A stretch of DNA of 58,738 nucleotides from an uncultured cyanobacterium (lineage in GTDB: Bacteria > Cyanobacteriota > Cyanobacteriia > Cyanobacteriales > Microcystaceae): the NCBI GenBank assembly GCA_963807635.1, contig CAWEDJ010000005.1:1-58738 (forward strand), given 5' to 3'. Below the pieces are notes generated by a model. It saw only the letters and a program-made list of their open reading frames with translations, was not told the DNA's origin and did no database searches. Position 1 is the first letter of the stretch; each line of letters begins with the position of its first letter. Made by a program: the position numbers and the translations under genes. Of the stretch, positions 20,523 to 31,821 are shown one piece after another.

Positions 20523-21164
20523 CTAAGATAAATTTTTTTCAAATTCCTCTAGGGCTTCTACCCAACCGATCGCCCAAGCCTTTTCAATCGTTTCAGGAAT
20601 CATTTGAATGAGAAGAAGATCAGGAAAAATAGGGCTAAAATCCGACGAAATATATTCCCCTGATTCTAAAAGATAAATTTGCAATTCTCCCTCGCGATAA
20701 ATCCAGAGTTCGGGAACCGCGATCGCCAAATAAGCATTAAGAGTGGTTTTAGAGGCGACATCAATTTCGATGGCCAAATCGGGTGGCGGATCACCTGCTT
20801 GTAGCCTGCGCCGTCCAATCATTTGTTGATAATGTTGAATATAAAAACAAGCATCAGGTTCAACACCCGCGACATTTTCTTGTTTAAAAGTAGTTGAACC
20901 AAAAGGCTCATATTTTCTGCCCGAATGTTTCAACAAAATTTTTACCATCTCAGAAATTAACTCTTTGGGCTTTTCGTGTTCGGGTAAAGGAACCATAATT
21001 TCCAGGGTATTTTGACTGTAAGAAATACGAGAAACTCTTTTTTCACCCAGATCTTGCAAAATAGATTCAAATTCTGACCAACTGATCTGGGGAATCGTAA
21101 CAACACTCCCCGAATTGAGTTGCATTTGGCTAACGGGTTTGAGAACAGGCGAAAGAATAGCCAT
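20523..21164 (-). CDS. Uma2 family endonuclease
   Basis: LEIMVPLPEHE, GVEPDACFYI, PPDLAIEID, VPELW. Confidence 0.9.
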   Translation of the reverse strand: MAILSPVLKPVSQMQLNSGSVVTIPQISWSEFESILQDLGEKRVSRISYSQNTLEIMVPLPEHEKPKELISEMVKILLKHSGRKYEPFGSTTFKQENVAGVEPDACFYIQHYQQMIGRRRLQAGDPPPDLAIEIDVASKTTLNAYLAIAVPELWIYREGELQIYLLESGEYISSDFSPIFPDLLLIQMIPETIEKAWAIGWVEALEEFEKNLS

Positions 21165-21199
21165 AGTTTTTAAAATTTCTTCATCATGAGATTTTTATT

Positions 21200-21835
21200 T
21201 TAGCGATCGCCTGACTTTTTGGCCTGTACGACTTGCAAACTGCCTCCTGCATAAAACAACTGCTTGCATTCCCGAAATCCGATACTTTCTAGTTGACTCA
21301 CTAAATCCGTTTTGATCAATTTCCAAGCGGTTTCTGTTTCAAATAACCAGAGAAACAGGGCTAAGGGCGGCCAAAAGAACGGATTGCGGGGTTGGTGTAA
21401 ATCAATAAGCGTGAAAATGCCGTTGGGTTTGAGGACTCGATAGACTTCTTGGAAAATTTGCGCTAATTGTGGCTCTGTCATTTCGTGGAGCGCGACGCTG
21501 GTATGGACGACATCAAACACGCCATCGGCAAAGGGCATGGATTCCGCTAAGGATTGGACATATTCGGCAGTAGGAGCCATTTTAACCGCTCGTTTGAGGG
21601 AAACAGGGGAGGCATCTAAACCCGTCACCTGTTGGGATTTTTGGGCTAAAAATTGGGTCGCTTGACCGCCACCGCAACAGAGGTCGAGGATTTTACTGTC
21701 TGGGGTTAGCTCTAGACCTTCTAGGGGCAATTGATGAAATCTTGTTTCTCCCCCAACTCCCAGGGTTGTGATCGCCGAAATAGTGGCATAAAGCCAAGGA
21801 TATTGATAACTCCAGGTTCTGAAAATAGTTGCCAT
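21200..21835 (-). CDS. Class I SAM-dependent methyltransferase (UbiE-like)
   Basis: ILDLCCGGG, GLDAS, FDVV...LHE, RVLKPNG. Confidence 0.9.
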   Translation of the reverse strand: MATIFRTWSYQYPWLYATISAITTLGVGGETRFHQLPLEGLELTPDSKILDLCCGGGQATQFLAQKSQQVTGLDASPVSLKRAVKMAPTAEYVQSLAESMPFADGVFDVVHTSVALHEMTEPQLAQIFQEVYRVLKPNGIFTLIDLHQPRNPFFWPPLALFLWLFETETAWKLIKTDLVSQLESIGFRECKQLFYAGGSLQVVQAKKSGDR

Positions 21836-21936
21836 TGATATTCTTGATTATTTAATGGATAAATCTATCCCCTTTTTCCCATAAATTGTTACACTTGGTA
21901 AAGATTCTGAAAATCTTTCTCATTAACATAACAGCT

Positions 21937-23100
21937 ATGGGTCGTGTTGGGGTATTACTGCTCAATCTAGGAGGGCCAGAGAAATTAGAGGATGTTCGCC
22001 CTTTCCTCTTTAATTTGTTCTCTGACCCTGAAATTATTCGTTTGCCCTTTCCTTGGTTGCAAAAACCGTTGGCTTGGTTGATTTCCACCCTGAGAGCGAA
22101 AAAATCCCAAGCAAATTATGAACAAATTGGCGGCGGTTCCCCCCTGCTCAAAATTACCGAAGCTCAGGGAGAGGCCCTAGAACACCGTCTTACCGAGATT
22201 GGTCAAAAGCCTGTGATTTATATTGGTATGCGCTATTGGCATCCCTTCACCGAAGAAGCCATTGAACAAATTAAACGCGATCGCATCCAAAGACTCGTCA
22301 TCCTACCGCTCTATCCTCATTTTTCCATTAGTACCAGTGGTTCCAGTTTTCGGATCATCGAGGAAATGTGGCAACAAGACCCGACTCTCCGACAAATTGA
22401 CTACACCCTGATTCCCTCTTGGTACGATGATCCCCTTTATTTACAAGCAATGGCGGATTTGATTTCCCAGGAATTAACCAAATTTCCTAATCCCGACTCA
22501 GCCCATATTTTCTTCAGCGCGCACGGCGTTCCCCAGAGTTACGTCGATGAAGCAGGCGATCCTTATCAAGCAGAAATAGAAGCTTGTACCCGTTTGATCA
22601 TGCGAACCCTAGATCGCCCTAATCCCTTCACCCTCGCCTACCAAAGCCGAGTCGGCCCCGTCGAATGGCTCAAACCCTATACGGAAGATGCCCTACACAA
22701 CTTAGGCACGGAAGGGGTCAAGGATTTATTGGTGGTTCCCATTAGTTTTGTGTCGGAGCATATCGAAACCCTCCAGGAAATCGATATTGAATACCGAGAA
22801 ATCGCAGAAGAATCAGGCATCGAGAATTTTCAACGGGTTCCCGCCCTCAACACCCATCCGATGTTCATTGATTCCCTTGCTCAGATGGTAGTGAGTTCCC
22901 TAGAGAATCCGCCTTGCACCTTTGATACGGTTGCCCATCCCAACAAAAACATGAAAATGTATCCCCAGGAGCGATGGGAATGGGGTATGACGACTGCCGC
23001 CGAGGTTTGGAATGGTCGTCTGGCGATGTTGGGTTTTATTGCCCTTTTGATTGAATTAATTAGTGGTCAGGGGCCACTTCATCTGGCGGGATTACTTTAA
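21937..23100 (+). CDS. hemH: Ferrochelatase with C-terminal CAB domain
   Basis: [31 protein letters not shown]; tail [12 protein letters not shown]. Confidence 0.98.
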   Translation: MGRVGVLLLNLGGPEKLEDVRPFLFNLFSDPEIIRLPFPWLQKPLAWLISTLRAKKSQANYEQIGGGSPLLKITEAQGEALEHRLTEIGQKPVIYIGMRYWHPFTEEAIEQIKRDRIQRLVILPLYPHFSISTSGSSFRIIEEMWQQDPTLRQIDYTLIPSWYDDPLYLQAMADLISQELTKFPNPDSAHIFFSAHGVPQSYVDEAGDPYQAEIEACTRLIMRTLDRPNPFTLAYQSRVGPVEWLKPYTEDALHNLGTEGVKDLLVVPISFVSEHIETLQEIDIEYREIAEESGIENFQRVPALNTHPMFIDSLAQMVVSSLENPPCTFDTVAHPNKNMKMYPQERWEWGMTTAAEVWNGRLAMLGFIALLIELISGQGPLHLAGLL

Positions 23101-23339
23101 TTCCAGACTTTTTCTAAGCTTGCGGTTCTCCATTTACGCGATCGCATTTTAGATACCTCCTGGTTTTTTTTAATATTAAGAAACAAAAAATTAAGCGGCT
23201 GGCTCTTTAAGCTAAAAGATAAATTTGCCCATTGTTGTAAATCCTTAAAGCAAAATTTTTAATAAAGTTGCCTAACTTTTTTCAAACATATTTTCAGCTT
23301 TATAGAAACAATATCAATATCTAAGTCCGTTAAAATAAA

Positions 23340-25403
23340 ATGTTATTTGATAGTCTTAAAAATTTAAGTAAAAATCTTAGAATAAATCCATTAATAAAAA
23401 TATTATTGCAATTCTATAAGGGTTTGTTTTCCAAATTTGAGCAAGCAGCTTTATCGACTTTGAAACCCTATCAATTCATTATTTTAACTTGTTTAATCAC
23501 GTTATCTTGGGCGTTATTTTACCAACCTGTTTTAGCCACATCAGAAAGAATCATTTTAACAGAAATCTTATTTCAGGATGCCTTAGTTCATCCTATTTTA
23601 AATGATGGATTTTTAATCATTGACTTACAAAATTTTGAGATTAATTTAACTCCTGAAAATATAGAGTTTCGAGACCAATTTTATCAACAATTACAAAATC
23701 AATTTAACCATTCTCCTAAGCCGTTAGGATTAGACTTGAGCAATAGCCTTATTCGCGGAGATTTTAATTTTAATCAATTAGGATTAGCCGTTCAGCTTTC
23801 CCAATCCACTCTGCCTAAACAATTAATGTCAACCGAAAAACAACTCTTGGAAAAAGATCCTTCTTTTTTATCAGAAGTTGGAGAACAAATTAATACTATT
23901 AACATTTTTCGGGGTTTGCTCAAACTGAAAGGAGCAATTTTTACAGGGAAAACAGATTTTTCTAAAACATTTTTTTTACAACGGGTAGAAGGAGAAAATG
24001 TTAAATTTAATCAGGATAGTGTTTGGACAGAATCACGCTTTGGCAGAGATTTAGATTTTTCTAAAGGAATTTTTAATCGAAACTTAGATTTTTCTCAAGA
24101 TTTATTTTTTGGCCCCGTTAAATTTCGTCAAGGTAAATTTCAAGGAGTCACAGACTTTAAAAAGAGTAGTTTTTGGACAGAAGCTAATTTTCGAGAATCT
24201 CACTTTCTACAACTTGCCAATTTTACGGCTATTCAATGGCTCAAGGATGTTCATTTTGATCAAGTCAATTGGAGCGATCGCGTTTTATTTTCCCAGAGTC
24301 GATTTTTCCAGAACTTAAGTTTTAATAATGCAACATTTGAAAAATCAGCAGCTTTTCGGTCTGCCCGTTTTAGTCATCTTATCGATCTTCATGATGTCAA
24401 ATTATTAGGACAATTAGACTTTAGTAATGGAGTCTTTTTTCCCTATGCAAAAATGGATGTATCGGGCCTAGCTTTTGACTCAGAGCAAGCAAAATTATTA
24501 GGCGATAAAACGATTATTGGTAAAACAATAACACTTTCAGGCTTAAAAAATAATGAAACCGTTATCCGTAGTTTAGTCCGCAATTTTCGAGATTTAGAAC
24601 AAATTCCTGATGCTAATCAAGTAGAATATACTGCCCAATTACTCAAATCTCAACGCCTGAGCCAGGAACTTTTACGCATTCCTAAAAATGTGAGATCATT
24701 GATAACTTGGTTAGGAATGTTAAATGATTGGTTAATGCTCAACGGCTTACTATTATTTAGCAATTATGGGACAAATGTTAAACTTGTTTTAGGAATTGGT
24801 CTGATTACGATCGCCTATTTTGGCATGATTTTTTGGTTGATTGATCGAGTAAGGCGTTGGCATCCCCACCCCATTTTACCCGACAAATCTGAAACTATTT
24901 ATATGGTTAGTAGTTTTGTTGGATTAATGATAGTGGGTTTAACGACTGTTTTTACATCGACTCCCACGCCTAACTTAACTTTAATGGGTTTAGGATTCAT
25001 TCTTTTACCCCTTTCTGTCTTCTTAATCGGTCGTTTATATTATCAGGGTCGTTATCATAATTTACTGAAAATATCCTATCTAACCCAGGATGGGAGTATG
25101 CGCCAATTACGATTATTAATTGTGAGATTACCCGTTATTCCAGAGTTTCCTCTTTTTCGCGATCGCTATACCTATTTGAATTGGGAACGGCATTGGAACT
25201 GGCTTAATTACTATGATTTTAGTTGCAATAATTTAATTAAATTGGGCTTTAATGATATTCGCCTACGGGATGAACACTTACCTGGAATTATGAGTTTTTT
25301 AGTCTGGTATCAATGGATTTTAGGGGTTTTATATTTATCCTTATTGTTGTGGACGTTATCCCGCACGATTCCTGGTTTAAACTTGCTGATTTATTTACGA
25401 TAA
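23340..25403 (+). CDS. Pentapeptide-repeat membrane protein with a channel-like C-terminal TM region
   Basis: F-x4-F repeats in the middle of the protein, several C-terminal TM helices, NNLIKLGFNDIR; start codon uncertain. Confidence 0.75.
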   Translation: MLFDSLKNLSKNLRINPLIKILLQFYKGLFSKFEQAALSTLKPYQFIILTCLITLSWALFYQPVLATSERIILTEILFQDALVHPILNDGFLIIDLQNFEINLTPENIEFRDQFYQQLQNQFNHSPKPLGLDLSNSLIRGDFNFNQLGLAVQLSQSTLPKQLMSTEKQLLEKDPSFLSEVGEQINTINIFRGLLKLKGAIFTGKTDFSKTFFLQRVEGENVKFNQDSVWTESRFGRDLDFSKGIFNRNLDFSQDLFFGPVKFRQGKFQGVTDFKKSSFWTEANFRESHFLQLANFTAIQWLKDVHFDQVNWSDRVLFSQSRFFQNLSFNNATFEKSAAFRSARFSHLIDLHDVKLLGQLDFSNGVFFPYAKMDVSGLAFDSEQAKLLGDKTIIGKTITLSGLKNNETVIRSLVRNFRDLEQIPDANQVEYTAQLLKSQRLSQELLRIPKNVRSLITWLGMLNDWLMLNGLLLFSNYGTNVKLVLGIGLITIAYFGMIFWLIDRVRRWHPHPILPDKSETIYMVSSFVGLMIVGLTTVFTSTPTPNLTLMGLGFILLPLSVFLIGRLYYQGRYHNLLKISYLTQDGSMRQLRLLIVRLPVIPEFPLFRDRYTYLNWERHWNWLNYYDFSCNNLIKLGFNDIRLRDEHLPGIMSFLVWYQWILGVLYLSLLLWTLSRTIPGLNLLIYLR

Positions 25404-25517
25404 AAGCTAATGCAATAGAAAAAACTAGAAATTTAAGCGATCGCATTTTTTAATCTGACCCTTCTCTAGGGTAACGGCGATCGCTTTAAAACTTTACCCA
25501 AAAAACTTCTTTTATCG

Positions 25518-28251
25518 CTAAAATTTATGATAAAATTCAACCCGTTGTAAAAATAATTCTGCCCCTGGGCGATCGCGAATTTCTCCATCAAGAGTTGCCG
25601 CGAGTAGGGCATCTAAAATTTGTTTGAATTGGGGGCCAGGTTTATAGCCCATTACTTTGAGGTCATTGCCATTTAAGGGGGCGTGAATCTGGGAAAGTTG
25701 GGTTAAATATCTCCAAATATGAGAACGAATAGATTTCTCACTCCTGACGGCAATCAATATTAAAGTAACGGTTTTGTGTGTTCTTAAAGCTTGAACAATT
25801 TCACTATTTTTGGGATTATTATTTAACGCTTGATCAATCTGTTTTTGAGATTGGTCTAAATTTTGTAAACTATCAATAACTGGTTTAGGTAATTGTAAAT
25901 TTTCAGCAATTTTATTATTTATCTGTTGTTGATTATTTGTTTTTAGGTCATGCAAAGAAGCAATTAAAATCGCTAAACGAATTAACCAATGATCTAATTT
26001 ATTCTCAGGGTCTAGATAGTTTAACCAACGAGAAATATAACGTAATTGCCACCATAATTGGGGTGTTAAAACTAAACTCGAATGTAAACATTTTAAGGCT
26101 TCTAAATGGGCTAATAATTGAATCGCAGGTTTCCAATATTGAGATTCTAAAATAATTTTTAATTCGGCTTTTAAACGGGTCGTTAGGGCGGGTGCAGGGT
26201 GATTTTCTAATAATAAACGCTCATAAACACCACTTTCCAGGGCATAGCGGATATAAACTTCTGTTTGTGGCTCTAGTTCAAACCCTAACCGCACCGCAAA
26301 TCTAACCGCTCGATAAATACGGGTGGGATCTTCAATAAAACTGTTGGCATGGAGTACCCGAATTTGACGCGATCGCAGATCCAACAGTCCCCCAAAAAAG
26401 TCCAACAAATCCCCCCGTCGAGGAGAGGTTAGTCTAACCGCTAGGGCATTGACGCTAAAATCGCGACGATAGAGATCCTGACGAATGGAACTGGCTTCTA
26501 CTTCGGGATTAGCGGCGGGGTAGGGATAAAATTCCGTTCTCGCGGTGGCAATATCAACCCAGAGGGAACCCAGTTCGGGATCTTTATGCCACAGTAGGGC
26601 GGCGGTTTGGAATTCCCCATGAACCGAAAGCCGCGCCTGGGGATAACATTCTTGCAATTTTTTCGCCAATTCCACGCCAGCTCCCACATCTGCCGCTCGA
26701 TGAAAACCATCGACTACCAAATCAATATCCTGCAATAGGAGCGTTTTTTCAGGCGTTTCTAACAGTAAATCCCGAACCGCACCACCGACTAAATAAAGAT
26801 TTCCAGCCTTGTTTTTCTGCTTTTTTAGCGGCTTTTTCAAGAAATATCCAGAGAGCAGGATGTAAACGATTTTGAATCGCAGGCAAAAGACAGGTGGTTA
26901 ACAGGGTTTTATGGTCTGTATTTTGTTCTCGGTCTTGATGGAGTTGGCGTAAAACATCGGTACGGGTAACAATTCCCATTAATTTATTATTTTCGACGAC
27001 AGGTAACCTTCCTACGTCAAATGTGACCATTAACGATTCAATTTCGCTTAAAAGCGTTTCGGGAGTAATGGTTTTGAGGTAACGAGTCATGTAACCTTTA
27101 ACGGGGGCGTGACTAAAGCCATGATGCAATGCCAAATCAATATCCCGACGAGAAATAATACCCACCAATTCATCTTGCTCATTGACGACCGATAACCCCG
27201 AATGACCATAGCGAAATAAAATGCGTTGGGCCTGTTCAATGGTAGTTTGGGGGCGAATGGTGCGGACAGGGGAAGACATGAGATCCCTGGCGGTGAGGGG
27301 ATGGGGAAATTGCTCAATTAATTCTTCAACCAGTTCTTTTAAGGTAATTTCGGGATCGACTCCGCGCAAATTTAAAGAAGCCGCTTGTTTATGACCGCCG
27401 CCGCCCAGGGGGACAAATATTTGGTTTAAATCTGTTCCCTCAATCCGCGATCGTCCAATAATAGTCAAACGTCCGTCGGCATAAACCCCATGTTCTCGGC
27501 GTTGGGTGTAATAATGACCAAAAATCAGGGCATCACTTTCCGTTAATTCAATTAATCTTTCCGCTAAATTAGAGAGTCCTGGGATAAAAACTTCTGTTCT
27601 CAATAAAACCGACGCAACCCGATAACCCTGAACAACTTCGGTTTGGATTTTTTCCATCGCTTCGGCAAAAAGAGCCTGTAAAGGTAAGGGGAAACCTGGA
27701 TCGACATATTCCGCGATCGCCCGCATATTCGCGCCCTGTTCCATCAACCAAGCCAAGGCTCTGGCATCCCTGGCGGTACTTTGGGCAAAGGTGAGTGAAC
27801 CCGTATCGACATGAATTCCCAGGGCCATCACCGAGGCTTCAACGGAGTTCAACGTTAAATCAGTTGTTTGAAGTTTTTCGACAATCAGGGTCGTCGTTGC
27901 TCCGACTGCTTCAATTTGACTAAAAGTTGCTTTAATATCGGATTCTGCCTGTAAATGATGATCATAGAGTTCAATCTTTTTAACCTGCTCTAAATCTAAC
28001 CATTGGGCCGCTTTTCCCAGGCGATCGCGTTGCTGATTATCAACCACGATCACAGAGCGCAACTTTTTAGGATTGACACTCCGCATTTCAATCAGAGCCA
28101 ACTCATCCCGATGTAAGGCCAAAAAATCCCGCACCGCAGGATGCGCCCCCCCTGTCAGGACAATGCGACTGCCGACTCTTAGACGAGACAATCCTACTGC
28201 CGCCCCCAATGCGTCAAAATCTGCGGTTTGATGACAGAGAATTACATCCAT
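25518..28251 (-). CDS. tRNA nucleotidyltransferase, probably A-adding (DHH-DHHA1-CBS-NTase); frameshift at ~26801
   Basis: [21 protein letters not shown] pair, [33 protein letters not shown]. Confidence 0.92.
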
Positions 28252-28320
28252 GTTTTTATGTTGTCATGATATAAATTTTGATTAATAATTGGAATTGAAA
28301 ACAGAATTCCTATCCTAAAA

Positions 28321-28998
28321 TCAAGATTTAGCATTAGTTAATTCATCAGGATTAATTCCTAATTCTCGTAACTTTTCTGCTAAAATAGTTGAGCGATTTT
28401 GTTCCTGCAAAGCCACTTCTTCAGGCGTTAAAACCAGTCTTTCTTCTGCGTCAAAATAGCGCAATTTATCTCCCTGTAACCCTAAGTATAACCCTAAAAC
28501 GTTGCTCCAGAGGAGATTTGAATTATTAGATTTAATGGGCTTGTATTTTCCATCAATTAACTTAAATCCAGCCAACTCTAAGGTATCAGGAGAAAACCAA
28601 AAATATTCCTGGGTACGAAACCTTTCTTCATAGAGAGTCTTTTTAAATGCTTTATCGATCGCGGCGGTAGAAGTTGATAATAATTCGATAATTAGATCAG
28701 GATATTTTCCGTCTTCTTCCCAAACAACCCAGGAGCGACGGGGATGATTTTGGGTGTTTTTAACGAGAAAAAAATCAGGGCCACGAAAATCTCGATTTTT
28801 CAGTTGTTGACGACTAAAATAAATGGTTAAATTAGCCCCAATAAAGTAATCCTGTCGATCGCGCCATAGCCAATCTAAACAGGATACCAGTAATGCTAAT
28901 TGTAAATAATGTAAACTACTTTCCATTTCTGGTTCATCGCTCTCTAATAGCGTGGCATCGGGCATTAACTCATCTAACCGTTTTGCAGTAAGTGTCAT
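28321..28998 (-). CDS. Uma2 family endonuclease
   Basis: MESSLH, GPDFFLV, PDLIIELLS, EYFWF. Confidence 0.9.
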   Translation of the reverse strand: MTLTAKRLDELMPDATLLESDEPEMESSLHYLQLALLVSCLDWLWRDRQDYFIGANLTIYFSRQQLKNRDFRGPDFFLVKNTQNHPRRSWVVWEEDGKYPDLIIELLSTSTAAIDKAFKKTLYEERFRTQEYFWFSPDTLELAGFKLIDGKYKPIKSNNSNLLWSNVLGLYLGLQGDKLRYFDAEERLVLTPEEVALQEQNRSTILAEKLRELGINPDELTNAKS

Positions 28999-29075
28999 GG
29001 CTAATCTTTGTTAAATTGTTAAGTTGTTGAGTTTTTTCAACTATCCCTAGTCTTATTTTACTATTCGTTTGAAAA

Positions 29076-29717
29076 ATGTCCCATTCCCCCGACGCGCTTC
29101 CTAGTTTTATTTTTCCTGATTTGTCCTTGTCTCAGATACCGCTAAAAAATCCGCCCAAATTAGGGTTTATGGCTTCAGGGAGTGGAACCAATTTTGCCGC
29201 GATCGCTGAATCTATCCAAAGCAATGAATTAAACGCCAAAATAGAAGTTTTAATTTATAACAATCCTAAAGCGAAAGTTCAGGAACAGGCAGAAAAATAT
29301 CAAATTCCCAGGGTTTTGATCAATCATCAGGATTTTGCCTCACGGGAAGCCCTAGATGAAGCAATTGTCACAACTTTTAAGGAATACGGGGTAGAATGGA
29401 TTATTATGGCCGGATGGATGCGGATTATAACGCCTGTGTTATTAAATGCCTTTTCGGAACGGGTCATTAATATTCATCCGAGTTTATTGCCGAGTTTTCG
29501 GGGGATTCGGGCGATCGAACAAGCTTTAGCCGCAGGGGTTAAGGTAACAGGTTGCACAGTGCATTTTGCCAGCCTAGAGGTCGATAGTGGCCCGATTATT
29601 GCCCAGGCGGTGGTTCCAGTTCTCCCCGATGATACCGCCGAAACTCTCCATGCCCGCATCCAAATTCAGGAACACAAAATTTTTCCAATGGCGATCGCGA
29701 TCGCGCCAACGGGCTGA
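29076..29717 (+). CDS. purN: Phosphoribosylglycinamide formyltransferase
   Basis: ASGSGTNF, AGWMRI, NIHPSLLPSF, GCTVHF, DSGPII. Confidence 0.96.
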   Translation: MSHSPDALPSFIFPDLSLSQIPLKNPPKLGFMASGSGTNFAAIAESIQSNELNAKIEVLIYNNPKAKVQEQAEKYQIPRVLINHQDFASREALDEAIVTTFKEYGVEWIIMAGWMRIITPVLLNAFSERVINIHPSLLPSFRGIRAIEQALAAGVKVTGCTVHFASLEVDSGPIIAQAVVPVLPDDTAETLHARIQIQEHKIFPMAIAIAPTG

Positions 29718-29775
29718 AATTTCAGTATAAAGCTAGAATTGTTTAGATTAAACCCATTTTTTGAAAAAACTTACG

Positions 29776-29997
29776 ATGGATAAAGATACCAAGTTCGCCT
29801 TACTCGTCGTCGGGATTCCCCTATTGGGATTGGGCTATTGTGCTTTGATGTTAGCGGTAATGTTTATGATTCCCGATGCTCGGCAACATCCGATTATTAT
29901 TGCGGCCCTATTTGTGTTGGCTCCTTCGGTGGTTTCGGGGTCTATTTGGTTAGCGTCTTCTGCTAAAGCGAAAAATAAAGAAAGATTAGGGCTTTGA
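29776..29997 (+). CDS. Small two-TM hypothetical protein
   Basis: MDKDTKFALL... with two hydrophobic helices. Confidence 0.75.
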   Translation: MDKDTKFALLVVGIPLLGLGYCALMLAVMFMIPDARQHPIIIAALFVLAPSVVSGSIWLASSAKAKNKERLGL

Positions 29998-30245
29998 ATA
30001 TTTGAAAAAAGATTGATCAGAAAATTTTTCTTCTGGTAAATTTTTTGTTGATTTGTGTCTGAGATAATGGTAAAAATCTTAAACTATCCTTTCACTAGAT
30101 AAACTATCAACAGATTGTTTATAAGCAGATATATTTTACGATATAAACAGGAGAGATTTGTGAGATATTAATTTTGTATAGTTTATTATTAATTATCATT
30201 AATCACAGCTTTGATACCAATAAAACAATAAAAATTTAGATTACT

Positions 30246-30587
30246 ATGACCTTAACTATAATTCCTGAAACTGCTCCTCTACCTCTAGAAATGAATACTG
30301 ATGGTGTGGTACTAGTGGGTAAAACCCGTGTAACTTTAGATAGTGTTATTAACACTTTCATACAAGGAACAACTGCTGAAGAAATTGTTTATCGTTATCC
30401 TTCCCTTAAGTTAGCTGATGTTTATGCTGTGATCGCATTCTATTTGAATTATCAACAAGAAGTTGAAACTTATTTACATCAAAGACAACAGCAATCCCAA
30501 GTTATTCGTAAGATAAACGAGGCAAAATTTGATCCTCAAGGTTTACGCGATCGCTTATTAGCTCGACAATTAAACAAATCAGTATGA
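30246..30587 (+). CDS. DUF433 family antitoxin
   Basis: GKTRVTLD, EEIVYRYPSLKLADVYAVIAFY. Confidence 0.9.
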   Translation: MTLTIIPETAPLPLEMNTDGVVLVGKTRVTLDSVINTFIQGTTAEEIVYRYPSLKLADVYAVIAFYLNYQQEVETYLHQRQQQSQVIRKINEAKFDPQGLRDRLLARQLNKSV

Positions 30588-30930
30588 AATTCCTCGCCGA
30601 TGAAAATTTCGACAATACCATCATCAGAGGGTTAGAACGTCGTCAACTAGACATCGAGATTGTTCGTGTTCAAGACATTGGTTTATCTGGCAAAGATGAT
30701 CCAACTGTACTTGAATGGGCAGCTAAAGAAGGTCGAGTATTACTAACCCATGATGTTGCCACGATACTCGCTATGCCTATGATCGTATTGTTGCAGGACA
30801 AGCAATGCCTGGAGTTATTGAAGTTACTTCAGATGCTTCTATTGGCAGGGTCATTGAAGATATTTTGCTAATCGTGAATTGTAGTATGGAAGGAGAATTG
30901 GAAGGGCAAATTCAATATCTTCCATTTTGA
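30584..30930 (+). CDS. DUF5615 PIN-like toxin (frameshift at ~30765)
   Basis: MKFLADENF, DDPTVLEWA, VLLTHD; continues in the other frame as RYAYDRI..GQAMPGVIEV...GQIQYLPF; ATGA overlap with DUF433. Confidence 0.85.
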
Positions 30931-31055
30931 AAATTTGCAATCTTATCGTGATAGCTAATATTGAGAAAGGAGCGATGAGGGATTTGAATATTTGACAAAA
31001 AATTGATCGGAAATTGTTGTGAGATTTTTTAGGATGCGATCGCCGTTTTCGATAA

Positions 31056-31490
31056 TTAACCTAAAAAAGCAGCAGGAGAAATTTTAAAAAATTCAGCGAG
31101 TTTTTTGATTTGGCTAAGGGTTAATTCTTGCTGATTCGTAAGGATTTTTGAGACAGTTATTTCATTGCCAAAAATAAAGTTTAAATCTTGAATTTGTAGA
31201 CTTGCATCGTCTAGAAGCGCCTGAATTAATTCCACTGGATTTAATTTAGGTAAAGTTAGATTTATATCTTCATAATCTCTAATTAAACTACCTAAAACGC
31301 TGAGATAATCTTGTTCGTCAGGAGTAAGTTCACCTTTATCAATTAGAGTATCAATAATTTTTTGAGTTTTGTTGAAGTCTTCTTCATTAGCGATCGGGCG
31401 CGGAGGAAAGGTGCTGAGTAATTCTAGATAATTAAGATTACTCGATAAACCAAGGGTCTTTTTTCCAATTATTTGTGTCATATTCTGCAT
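31056..31490 (-). CDS. higA: HigA-type HTH antitoxin
   Basis: FPPRPI, LIRDYE, VSKIL...LTLSQIKKLAEFFKISPAAF. Confidence 0.85.
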   Translation of the reverse strand: MQNMTQIIGKKTLGLSSNLNYLELLSTFPPRPIANEEDFNKTQKIIDTLIDKGELTPDEQDYLSVLGSLIRDYEDINLTLPKLNPVELIQALLDDASLQIQDLNFIFGNEITVSKILTNQQELTLSQIKKLAEFFKISPAAFLG

Positions 31491-31743
31491 GAGTTAAGAT
31501 ATTACGAATAAAAACTTTTTTGTGGGTATAGTCAATTAGTGTAATTAGCCGATATTTATTACCGCTAATATTAAAAACGGTAAGATTTTCAACTTGATCG
31601 GCTGAGGGAAAAAGTTGACGCAATTCCGTAAAGTTTTGCCATTGGGCGGTTTCGGTTCGTTGATACCAAATTGTAAGACTGGTCTGTGCATTTGGATATT
31701 TCTCCCAAAATTCTCGTAGTCGTTTACGGGTTATTATGTGCAT
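31438..31743 (-). CDS. higB: HigB toxin
   Basis: MHIITRKRLREFW, FPSAD, VFNISGNKYRLI, LTHAEYD. Confidence 0.92.
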   Translation of the reverse strand: MHIITRKRLREFWEKYPNAQTSLTIWYQRTETAQWQNFTELRQLFPSADQVENLTVFNISGNKYRLITLIDYTHKKVFIRNILTHAEYDTNNWKKDPWFIE

Positions 31744-31821
31744 AAAAAATTAATCGAAATTCAAGCTCAATTATTTTATTAACTTTTCTAAAATTTCCTG
31801 AGCATCAAGCTTTCCCACATA

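Larger units (their letters stand above)
29988..31013 (+). repeat. 36-bp imperfect direct repeat (29988-30023 and 30978-31013) flanking a TA module
   Basis: AGGGCTTTGAATATTTGAAAAAAGATTGATCAGAAA vs AGGGATTTGAATATTTGACAAAAAATTGATCGGAAA: 32/36 identical. Confidence 0.85.

Noticed and set aside
22975..23100. CAB/HLIP-like tail on ferrochelatase
   Set aside because: This is a well-known feature of cyanobacterial HemH.
25431..25491. Paired HIP1 sites forming a hairpin between convergent genes
   Set aside because: HIP1 is self-complementary and abundant, so such pairing is expected. At most this is a terminator.
25518..28251. tRNA nucleotidyltransferase, amt, pstS, gltK and the ABC permease as true pseudogenes or programmed frameshifts
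   Set aside because: The breaks are single-base indels in short runs or at methylation motifs, the sequences are otherwise intact, and there is no consistent slippery site. Sequencing error is more likely.
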